A stretch of DNA of 64,000 bases from a virus (taxonomy: Duplodnaviria > Heunggongvirae > Uroviricota > Caudoviricetes). The notes under the pieces are model-generated. The model was given only the letters and a program-made list of their open reading frames with translations, made no database searches and had not been told where the DNA came from. Positions 8,705 through 17,260 of this stretch are shown in pieces. Location: the IMG/VR virus record IMGVR_UViG_3300025000_000058. One strand, 5' to 3'. Each line of letters opens with the position of its first letter. Positions within the stretch are counted from its first letter, which is position 1. A program made the position numbers and the translations under genes.

Positions 8705-9227
8705 ATAACAAATGCTTATCTCTTTTATTGTCTTTTTCCTTTTTGGATTTTTTTGATTCTATTTTTTCAGATCCATAGATATTCCTAATTTTTTCCATTG
8801 GTATTGATTTTCTCCATTTTTTAGTTGTTTGGTCTTCAGAACACCAACTCCATAATTTTTTCTTACTTCTCCATATTAATCCAATTGCTTTTAATTCTTC
8901 CTTAATGGGCTTAGTTATTCCTCCTACCCACAGCCAAGAACCGCATATTTCTATTTCCAAGTCTTGGAATTTTAATAATGCATCAATAACTTCCCTGAAA
9001 AAATCATTAACATTGTGATTGTTAACATTAATAAATTCTTCACCAGACATTTTAATGTCTTTTAAATATTCGAAGGCTATTTCATAGTCTAAATTAATTC
9101 GCTTCATAATTTCCAGACACTTAGGGTCGCTGTTTAAATCAGGATGATACAATTTTGCAAGCTGTCTGTATTCCTTTTTCAATTCTACCAAGTTTTTACA
9201 TGATTTGAAGAATGTTAAATTTTTCAT
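8703..9227 (-). CDS. J-domain (DnaJ-like) protein
   Basis: ELKKEYRQLAKLYHPDLN contains the HPD tripeptide in a canonical J-domain helix II/III context. The C-terminus is lysine-rich. Confidence 0.75.
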   Translation of the reverse strand: MKNLTFFKSCKNLVELKKEYRQLAKLYHPDLNSDPKCLEIMKRINLDYEIAFEYLKDIKMSGEEFINVNNHNVNDFFREVIDALLKFQDLEIEICGSWLWVGGITKPIKEELKAIGLIWRSKKKLWSWCSEDQTTKKWRKSIPMEKIRNIYGSEKIESKKSKKEKDNKRDKHLL

Positions 9228-9257
9228 AGTATAAAAACCTCCTGTTATTCTTTAATT

Positions 9258-9423
9258 TTAATTTTAAAATGCTTTTTAAAACCATTATTAAAAGCTTTAT
9301 TGCCTACACTTTTTTATATATGGATTAAAACAACATTTTTATTAAAATGCTCTTAGTTATCCATAGTCTAAGCAAATGCTAGCTTAAAACAATTATACAA
9401 TGATTTTAAAAAGCATTTTAATA
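9258..9423. repeat. long-range perfect inverted repeat (16 nt arms) bounding the start of the non-coding region
   Basis: AAAATGCTTTTTAAAA at 9260-9275 and its reverse complement at about 9404-9419, separated by roughly 125 nt. Confidence 0.45.
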
Positions 9424-10613
9424 AATGCCTTTTGCTTCTCATTGTCATAGGAAAAAACTATCTTTTTAAATATCAGAAGAATATAAAACAGTAAAATGTA
9501 CATTATAGCTGATTTAGTATAATGTTATATTTTACAAAATATTCTCTGTGATTTTTTCAAGTTTTTTGCAGGTTGTTTTTACTTAGAGTTAAAGCCAACA
9601 ACCATAAAACAGACTTAAAGAAGCAAAAAAGCATTTAGTTATAAAATGCTTTAGGTATTACTTTTTGATTCGTTTTAGAGGTTTTTTATTGGTTTTTGTA
9701 TTTCATTTCCATTTAATAACTACTGCCATTATCCGAAGTTTTCATTAAGATAAGTAACAATCTTTACTAAAAAACTGTAAAACATACTCAAGTATACCTT
9801 AATAAATGCTTCGAACATGCTAAATATTTTGCCGTATCAGTTTAACAAGTCTAGTTATTTCACTTATTCCAAGGCTACTAATTAACAGAGTATCCCAACC
9901 AACGAAAAACAGTATTCTTGCCATTGCCAGTTCATTTAGTGGCAATTTAAATTCTCTAACAATTTCCTGTTTTCTGGAAAATGAAGTCCTTCTCTTTTAA
10001 CGGAGGAAGGGACTTTTGTTAATTTTCGCCTTGTATTTTAGCTTTTGTTAGACTTGTTTTTTTCCAATTATGTATAATTCATTCCTATACATAACCGACC
10101 ACGGGAGTATCCTACTTGAAAGGCTTTGAACCCCTCTTTGTTTCTCCAATGGATTTAGAACGATATCCCAATTGTTGACAACGCACGTTCCACAAGCTCT
10201 ATATAGTTATGAGTTTATCAAGATCCCTCCTTTGGTATTATGCACCCCTTCGACATTCCGCAGGCTTAACTTTTCAGTAAAATTTTTCGTCCTAGAGTGA
10301 GACTTCCCACTTTTTGGAATACTCCTTTTTACCTGTCTTGGGTAAACCACTCCCAAGCATTTTATAAAACCTTCGACTGCCAGCCTTCCTGCCCACATAC
10401 ACATGCTTATGTATGCTACTCCAAGTCAAAAAAGGTTTTTTGATTTGTCTTACACTAAGAGTATACGCAAAAACTTTAAAACTTATGCATGATATTTTAT
10501 GATATTTTTAATTCTCTTCCTCTTTTCTTACTCCCACTTGTGGCTCCCCTGCCACACGCATAATATAACATATCTAAAAAATAGAATCTAACCTGATATA
10601 ATGCCATATTAAG

Positions 10614-10690
10614 CGAATTTAAAATATTAGCTTGCATTTGCTTAATATAGCTTTTGAAATCAGCTTTTTTCGTGAATTTAAAATATTAGC
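10614..10690. repeat. two direct 20-bp repeats GAATTTAAAATATTAGCT
   Basis: Copies at about 10615-10634 and 10670-10689. Followed by an AACCCTTACA...TGTAGGGTT hairpin and a T-run at 10699-10735 (terminator-like on the plus strand). Confidence 0.4.
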
Positions 10691-11224
10691 TATTTAAAAA
10701 ACCCTTACATAATGCGGGTTGTAGGGTTTTTGCAAAAAGTTTAAAAATTAAAATCAAATAAAAATTATGTTTTTTTGCTGATTATTTTAATAATCATTTT
10801 AAGGCTTTTTTAGACAGGTAAAAATGCTTGTAGGATATAACATACTTGATTTAATTTTGTCCTGCCTTAAACGGGCTTAAATTAAGGTTTAAATTGATTT
10901 TATAAAGATAGGGAAAAGGTATAATTTTAATGTGAGTTTAAAAAGCTTATTTTAAGGCTTATTTGAGAAGGTTTTTTGTTGGTAGCAGGTTTTTATATTT
11001 AGCATGGCAAAAAGTAAGCTTAAACCGCATTGTAGAAGGTTTAAAAGGTATTTTATAGGCAGGGAAAATATTATTACTTCTATTAGAAGGAAAAAAAGAA
11101 AAGCGATCCAGTGTTGCCGTCCCAACAACACACATATTTTTATTACGTTTTTTACTTGTATGACTACAAAAAATTCTCTCTCCCAGTTGGTTGTTTGGAA
11201 AATGAGAATGGTTCTCATTAATAC

Positions 11225-11400
11225 ATTACATAGTATTCATTACTACTTCACATAGTAACATATAATATAATTTTCAATACCACATAATATATCATATAGT
11301 ATTCATTTCTATTATAATAGTAATATATAACATAGTATTAATTATTCTATAACATATCATATAGTATTAAAAACTACTTTATATATTACCATGTAGCATA
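11225..11400. repeat. iteron-like direct repeats (CATAGTATT core, at least 5 copies)
   Basis: ACATAGTATTCATT, TCATATAGTATTCATT, ACATAGTATTAATT and TCATATAGTATTAAAA recur within 180 bp. Confidence 0.5.
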
Positions 11401-11557
11401 TTCCATATTATTATATTACATAATTTTAAATACTATATTCAATTCTGAATATTTTGAATTTATTGAATTATTTTATTTTTAAAACAGGTAAAAAGACAAT
11501 TATAACAAATGCATAAATTATATTATTTTGCGTTCTCTAACATCAATAAAGTAAAGT

Positions 11558-12021
11558 TAAAATTGATTTTAAAGCTATTAGAAGCTTCATACAGACACGA
11601 AAAGCTTTTTAGGTATTAAACCATTGGCAAAAAATTATACATAGGTTGTAGAGCAAATATCATGTACCAATGATTCTACAAGGGAAAATTCACTCTTGAC
11701 AAATGCTAAATATTATGATTCGCTGATTATTTTATGCATTTATCAGAATATTCTATTTATTTATGAATGGCACGTTTTTTGCTAATTCAAAAAGTATGCC
11801 AATAGAAAATAGCAAAAAATTATTGATTTTTTAATCAAAAGTTAAAATCAATTTTAAGGCTTATATAAGCTTCATAGAGAGGAATTAATACTTTTAGGTA
11901 TTAAACCATTGCTTACGCAAATTTCGCTGAATACAGACGATCCAACAATTAACAACCTTGTACCAATGATTATATAAGGGTTTTTTGCCTATTGACAAAT
12001 TAAAAATATTATGATTCGCTA
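11558..12021. repeat. two copies of a composite ~170-185 bp unit, each ending in a promoter-like TTGACA-17 box whose -10 hexamer is replaced by TTCGCT
   Basis: Unit 1 is about 11558-11724 and unit 2 about 11836-12021. Shared blocks are GATTTTAARGCTTAT, AAGCTTCATA.AGA, CTTTTAGGTATTAAACCATTG, TGTACCAATGATT and TTGACAAAT...AAATATTATGATTCGCT. A third partial unit lies at 12640-12780. Confidence 0.55.
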
Positions 12022-12099
12022 CATAGCGAAAAGGATAATTAGTTTTAATTGATTTTAGCATAAATCAGCGAAAAGAATTAATGGCATGATTTATGCAGA

Positions 12100-12600
12100 T
12101 ATATTTGATTATTAATATATTTAATTATCCATATATAATGGTTTTAATATACATGAAGAATATAATATAGTGATATACATATATTTGAATTATATAATAT
12201 ACAGATATTCATATATAGTATGATTAATATATAGTGATATTATTCTATATAATAATTAATATATAGTGATAATTAAATATTTGATAAATATAATATATAA
12301 ATATTCATATATACATTATTTAATATATACAGATAATTAAATATATTATATTTATAATATACAGATAGTCGAATATTCAAATATTATTATATACAATTAA
12401 CATTATATATTAATTATAATATATTTAATGATTATATTATACAATAAATAGTATATATTGATATTCAAATATTCAATATTTATAATATAATGATATTCAT
12501 ATATATAATTATCTATATATGGAATTATTTGAATATATAATTATTCGTATATTTGAATAATATATATGTATCATTTAATACAATTAATTGTCTCATATCA
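12100..12600. repeat. AT-rich degenerate tandem repeat block (ATATATAGTGATA / AATATTCATATATA / ATACAGATA motifs)
   Basis: About 500 bp at over 85% A+T, built from short reiterated motifs. Candidate DNA-unwinding element. Confidence 0.5.
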
Positions 12601-12797
12601 TACAATATGCATAATTCATGCCAGTATGATATGATACATTTTTTATTTTATAGCTGAATAGCTTTTAAAGTGATTTTAAGCTTCATATAGAGGGCTGAAT
12701 ACTTTTAGGTATTGTATGAGGTAAAATTATTTTTTGTGGCTGTATGAAGCTTATATAAAGAGGTGAAATAATTAGATATTATTTGATTTAATTAATA

Positions 12798-12890
12798 AAA
12801 TTAGTGTATTAGTATGCTAGTACACTTAAAACAGTAGTGTCTGACTATGCAAACAGATAATTAAATTAGTGTATTAGTACGTTAGTACAC
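12798..12890. repeat. two direct copies of a 28-bp palindrome-containing site (AAATTAGTGTATTAGTAYGYTAGTACAC)
   Basis: Copies at 12798-12825 and 12863-12890. Each holds a GTGTATTAG...CTAGTACAC inverted repeat. Confidence 0.55.
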
Positions 12891-12939
12891 CCAACGGAAC
12901 CGAAGGTGTAGTCTTTCAGCTTGCCTCTATCGTTACCCA

Positions 12940-13135
12940 TAACGAACAATGTTCCACGTGGAACTATTCCGCTATTCCGCAATTGCGTATGTCAGTTAAA
13001 AATTCTAATATTACGGAATAACGGAGCATCGTAACACTTCATAAATTACGTGATTCCGTAATGTCGTAATTATTACTTATTTCCGTTATTCCGTTCTTAC
13101 GTAATTTCGTAATCTATCCGTCCCTGCTTCAACTA
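12940..13135. repeat. cluster of CpG-containing short palindromes and TTCCG repeats (GTTCCACGTGGAAC, TTACGTAA, TTCCGYTATTCCG)
   Basis: A perfect 14-bp palindrome GTTCCACGTGGAAC lies at 12951-12964. TTCCGCTATTCCGC, CGGAATAACGGAG and TTCCGTTATTCCGTT are also present, plus several TACGTAA and CGTAAT sites. In a genome this AT-rich the clustering is highly non-random. Confidence 0.55.
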
Positions 13136-13164
13136 TTCCTGATAATATACATTATCAATAATAT

Positions 13165-13290
13165 TATAATGATTATCATTATCACTCTACATATAGTATA
13201 TTTCTCTTGTCAAATATCTATATATAGATTTTACCCGTATGACATACTATATATAGATTATTTTTAGCTTATACATACTATATATAGGGG
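13165..13290. repeat. three direct repeats of CTATATATAGATT(T)
   Basis: ATATCTATATATAGATTTT, CATACTATATATAGATTATTTTT and CATACTATATATAGGGGG. Confidence 0.45.
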
Positions 13291-13362
13291 GTACTTTACA
13301 CATTGGAAATAATTTCCATCGCCAGGGGATGCCCTAGCACTTAAACCCCGACACTACGTGTC

Positions 13363-13560
13363 GAACTATACAACTATACAACTATACTATTTACTTTATA
13401 CTTACTTTACAATCAATTAACCAACTTCTAACTTCTAACCAACTAACTAACCTCTCAATCAACTAATCACTTAACTATACAACTAAAACTTACCAATGTA
13501 ACATCAAATTATAACATTTAACATTATACCACTTATAAAATAACTAACTAAAAATCAGAT
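13363..13560. repeat. strongly G-depleted (plus strand) low-complexity tract with tandem AACTATAC and AACTTCTA repeats
   Basis: About 190 nt containing only 2 G residues. Includes (AACTATAC)x3 and (AACTTCTA)x2, AACTAACTAACC. The complementary strand is correspondingly C-free. Confidence 0.6.
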
Positions 13561-13860
13561 TAACCACGAAAAATTTTTGGGTTTAAATCACCTGAGAAGG
13601 GAAAATATGCCCTAAAATGACGGTTTTTTTATCGAACTATCTTCCTTTATTTAAAACGAATTATGACTACAACCTTAATAATTATATAAGGTATACAATT
13701 TTCACAACTGATATTTATATTATATCATTAATTAAACTGTCAATCAATTAATTTATTAATAACGGGGGCTATCTTTACACCACACTATACATTATACATA
13801 ATAATAAAATTTCTATCGAAATTTTCTTAGTTTTTTTTCTTGGTGTGATAATATATAGGG

Positions 13861-13890
13861 TTGACAAGGTTTATTCGTATTTTCTACAAT
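13861..13890 (+). promoter_or_regulatory. sigma-70-like promoter (TTGACA-17/18-TACAAT) pointing antisense toward the rep-like gene
   Basis: TTGACA at 13861-13866 and CTACAAT at 13884-13890. The downstream plus strand is antisense to 14068-14829. Confidence 0.4.
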
Positions 13891-14019
13891 ACGTATTGGT
13901 ATTTATATTGTAATATATATTGTAATATATACTATAATATATATAAATTTTTGTCATACACTCTCATATAGATATATCTCATCATAAACTGTTGGAGGTG
14001 TCATACAAATGTATCATAA

Positions 14020-14057
14020 AAATATACAAAAAAATAAACTGATATATAATCAGTTTA
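14020..14057 (-). terminator. rho-independent terminator of the minus-strand unit ending with 14068-14829
   Basis: On the minus strand the hairpin AAACTGAT-tatat-ATCAGTTT is followed by ATTTTTTTGTATATTTTT. Confidence 0.6.
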
Positions 14058-14067
14058 ATCATGTGTT

Positions 14068-14829
14068 TTAATCATTTAATAAATATTCTCTAATTTCATC
14101 TACTGTAAGAACGATAAACTTTAAACTTTCCTTTTTTTCTACAATACCATTTTCATCATAATATTTATACTCTTTATTATTCTTCTTAACACTTTCTAAC
14201 ACTTTGGCTTTCTTCTTATCACTGTTGCAGACTATTAGTATATGAGGAAATCTGTTTACCCTATTAAACCAATATTCATTTTCATAATCTCTATTTTTAA
14301 ATATCTCATTATAATTAATAACTTTCATAAATTCATTTTTACTCTCTACTCTATCGCTTTCAATTATAAAATACATATATTCATTATTAACATAATTTTT
14401 AAATCCAATAATACCGTCTGGTCTTCTACCACAATCCATAACATATTCTTTTTTCATATCTGAATACTTATAATACTTATATTCTTTTTCAACCATTTTT
14501 AACAAATAAAGAAAACCCCAATTTCTATTAATATCGTGTTCAAGAAACTTCGGTAATTTATCTACATAAAACTTATTACATTCATTTATATCTAATCTAA
14601 TGCTACTAATTTTCTTTCTACCTACTAACTTCCTTAACCTCTCTCTACACTTAATTATGCCATATTTAATTGAAGAAAAAAACAATAAATATACCTGTTC
14701 TGTTGTCAATACTTCATACTCTTCAATGGTTTCAACAATCAATTTATCTCGGTAATAACCTTTTTTTCTGGTATTCATCTTGTTGTCCATGTTGAAGGAG
14801 TCCTTTATTATTTCCACTGATTTGTTCAT
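14068..14829 (-). CDS. Replication-relaxation (Replic_Relax)-like protein with a possible PD-(D/E)xK motif
   Basis: 253 aa. Basic N-terminus and RRPDGIIGF...FIIESDRVESK (a PD...ExD..K arrangement). Size, composition and adjacency to an FtsK-like ATPase match Replic_Relax proteins of Firmicute mobile elements. Overlaps the upstream gene by 86 nt. Confidence 0.4.
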   Translation of the reverse strand: MNKSVEIIKDSFNMDNKMNTRKKGYYRDKLIVETIEEYEVLTTEQVYLLFFSSIKYGIIKCRERLRKLVGRKKISSIRLDINECNKFYVDKLPKFLEHDINRNWGFLYLLKMVEKEYKYYKYSDMKKEYVMDCGRRPDGIIGFKNYVNNEYMYFIIESDRVESKNEFMKVINYNEIFKNRDYENEYWFNRVNRFPHILIVCNSDKKKAKVLESVKKNNKEYKYYDENGIVEKKESLKFIVLTVDEIREYLLND

Positions 14830-16138
14830 TAATTATATCATCACCTTTATAATAATAGCTTGCATATGTTTTTTTCTTTGCTTCGCCATACACCATTGCC
14901 CTTTCTCTGGCTGTCTCTGAATCTAAATATAAAGCCTGTGCTTCAACTAAATTACCTTTATATAATGATAATAACCTACCATCGGCATCTGACAAATAAA
15001 ACGCATCTGTACTGTTTAACACTGTTTGAGAATGCCCTCTATCAGCACAACGAAAACATATCCTTCCTATAAGATTGTTCTTAATTATGGGGCTAATTAA
15101 ATCTTTATCTGGTCTTTGCATACATATTATAAGATGTATTCCTACTTTACGTGCTTGTTGACTTAATTCTGCTATTGTACCTTGTAACATGTTTCTGATT
15201 CTCTTTTCTTCTTTTGTATGGTATTTCCCAGGTGCGGTAAAAGCAAATTCATCAATAAATAAAACCATATATGGCAATTTATTCTGTGGATATTTTACAT
15301 TATATTTAACAATATCTAAACCAAAGTCAGCTAAATAATACTTCCTCTTAATCATTTCCTGTTTAAGAAATAATATTATCTTTAATGCTTCTTCTATCTC
15401 ACTAGCAAACACAGCACAATCTTTAACATGAATAAAATCTATTAAAGCTAAATCAATAACAAATAATAATACATTTGGATTCTGTAGCAATGCATCAATC
15501 CATGATTTGATTAATACTGTCTTTCCTGAACCAGTATATCCAGCAATAAGGTAATGCACAACATTGGTTAACTCTATTATATTTAAACCTCTTTGATTAA
15601 CTCCAAGTGGCATTGGAAGTACATAATTATCTAAATATTCTATTGTGTTGAAGCTATATTTTACTTTACTTGGTATCACACCCTTAAATACATCAATAAC
15701 TAATACGCCTTTACTTTCTTTAACATCAACTAATGCTGTTAAACCATCTGCAAAATATTTTCTTTTGTTAATGTAATCTTTATATAATAAACCTCTTGGC
15801 AATTGCCATATAGTAGTAAAATGATTTGCATTATTTACATCTTTAATTGTTTCTAAATGCACAGCGTAATCGCCTTTATTCTTATTGGTCAATCCAATTT
15901 CATACATGATATTCTCAATCTCAGATTCTAATGTTCTACTTTTCCTAGTACGTATCATTTTCTTAATTGTAACTCTTAATTCTTCTGGTTTTTTCTTCTT
16001 TAATGGCTCATAGCCCCATTGTTGAAGTGCTTGCTTTGTCACCTGTTTTACTACTTCTTTACATAACTTTTTTAATTTTTTAAATTTAGATTCTTTACAT
16101 ACTTCTCCAGCTATTCTTTTTTGTTCCAATTCAACCAC
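14744..16138 (-). CDS. FtsK/SpoIIIE-family DNA translocase-like ATPase
   Basis: Walker A LIAGYTGSGKTVLIKS, Walker B-like LLFVIDLALIDF, and downstream ICMQRPD, typical of the FtsK/SpoIIIE/TraB/TcpA family. 464 aa. Confidence 0.7.
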   Translation of the reverse strand: MVELEQKRIAGEVCKESKFKKLKKLCKEVVKQVTKQALQQWGYEPLKKKKPEELRVTIKKMIRTRKSRTLESEIENIMYEIGLTNKNKGDYAVHLETIKDVNNANHFTTIWQLPRGLLYKDYINKRKYFADGLTALVDVKESKGVLVIDVFKGVIPSKVKYSFNTIEYLDNYVLPMPLGVNQRGLNIIELTNVVHYLIAGYTGSGKTVLIKSWIDALLQNPNVLLFVIDLALIDFIHVKDCAVFASEIEEALKIILFLKQEMIKRKYYLADFGLDIVKYNVKYPQNKLPYMVLFIDEFAFTAPGKYHTKEEKRIRNMLQGTIAELSQQARKVGIHLIICMQRPDKDLISPIIKNNLIGRICFRCADRGHSQTVLNSTDAFYLSDADGRLLSLYKGNLVEAQALYLDSETARERAMVYGEAKKKTYASYYYKGDDIINEQISGNNKGLLQHGQQDEYQKKRLLPR

Positions 16139-16839
16139 CTACTATTCTTTGGTTTATTTAAGTAATCCTTAAATCCTTTAACTTTTTCAATAACTCCTTT
16201 GCGAATACTACCTTCTTGAACTTTATTAATATAATCTAAAACGCCATCCACAATCTTTTCATAACACTTTTCATCAATTTCTGACATTTCCTTTGAACCC
16301 ATATCACGATTAATAATTATTTCTTCACCATTTTGGTTCTTAATAACTATGTTGATGCTCCCAGGTGTTTTATCATCTGTTATCTTAACATTTTCATTAT
16401 ACTTATCTTCTTTTTTATTGATGTTGCTGTTTGTATTATTATCAATTTTTTGTTCATTTTTATTAATTATTTCTTCTTTTTTAGTAGAATTATTGTTAAT
16501 TTCATGCTGTTTTTGCTCATTATATTGTTTATTTTCATTAATATCCTTGTTTTCTCTATATTGCTTATTTTCATTAATATCTCTGTTTTCATCATATATT
16601 TTATTCTCATTATAATTATACGTCTTTTCATTTCCAGCACCATCATCAACGCCCTCTTTAACACTTACAACTATTGGAAGTTTTTTATCATCAATAATCA
16701 AGTCCCCATAAAAACTATTATTATCATGTCTATAAATCTTAGCATCAATTGTATTGTTCTTGAATAAGAAACTAAGATTAAACATTACAAAAATTGCCAT
16801 TGCACCTACAATCACCTTATTTATAAATACTGTTTGCAT
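16111..16839 (-). CDS. membrane-anchored protein with Asn/Lys-rich low-complexity repeat region
   Basis: N-terminal TM helix (VIVGAMAIFVMF). Internal repeats ENKQYRENKDINENKQYNEQKQ. Confidence 0.45.
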   Translation of the reverse strand: MQTVFINKVIVGAMAIFVMFNLSFLFKNNTIDAKIYRHDNNSFYGDLIIDDKKLPIVVSVKEGVDDGAGNEKTYNYNENKIYDENRDINENKQYRENKDINENKQYNEQKQHEINNNSTKKEEIINKNEQKIDNNTNSNINKKEDKYNENVKITDDKTPGSINIVIKNQNGEEIIINRDMGSKEMSEIDEKCYEKIVDGVLDYINKVQEGSIRKGVIEKVKGFKDYLNKPKNSRWLNWNKKE

Positions 16840-16853
16840 AAATAACTCTCCTT

Positions 16854-17249
16854 TTACCTTGTTCTAGGATATTCTTGCAATTTCTTCATGTATTTATTAT
16901 TTGGCAATACTTCTTCTATTGAATCTTCAATTACTTTATCAATATCTTTTTGAACATCTGCCTTATCATAATACTTGCTGGAGGGATCTACATACTTCTT
17001 AACTTTATCAATTTGATTTTCTACATATTCTGCTTTCGCTTGTTGTTCTTCAATCAGTGGCATTGCTTTAGCCATAACAACATTCAGGCAAGCGAACAAA
17101 CTTATTACTATTATCATTTTAGCCATATGATATTTTCTTAATATTTTACATGTTATATAACCAAACACACCAATTAATATTTGCAACATTATCTGCGGTA
17201 AACATAAGCACAAGATAGCGAACAGTAAAATTGGTACAATAAATAACAT
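16854..17249 (-). CDS. membrane protein, hypothetical
   Basis: Two predicted TM helices in the N-terminal half. Confidence 0.45.
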   Translation of the reverse strand: MLFIVPILLFAILCLCLPQIMLQILIGVFGYITCKILRKYHMAKMIIVISLFACLNVVMAKAMPLIEEQQAKAEYVENQIDKVKKYVDPSSKYYDKADVQKDIDKVIEDSIEEVLPNNKYMKKLQEYPRTR

Positions 17250-17260
17250 TTTAAAACCTC

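Noticed and set aside
9800-10560. Group I or group II intron in the GC-rich island
   Set aside because: No domain V (GAGC...GUUC) or P7-like core was recognisable, and no flanking exon ORF is interrupted.
10207-11255. Small ORFs 10207-10404, 10952-11218 and 11004-11255 from the ORF track
   Set aside because: No RBS, atypical composition, and two of them overlap each other inside the repeat-rich non-coding region. Most likely chance ORFs.
9228-14067. tRNA, tmRNA or RNase P genes in the large non-coding region
   Set aside because: No GTTCGAATC-type T-loop with matching acceptor stem was found, and no recognisable tmRNA or RNase P core. The GGGGTTCAAAGCC segment at about 10110 (minus strand) lacks a proper T-stem.
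14744-16138. FtsK-like ATPase as large terminase
   Set aside because: No terminase nuclease domain is present. The Walker A GxTGSGKT and overall length fit FtsK/SpoIIIE/TraB better. A packaging-ATPase role in a membrane-containing virus cannot be excluded.
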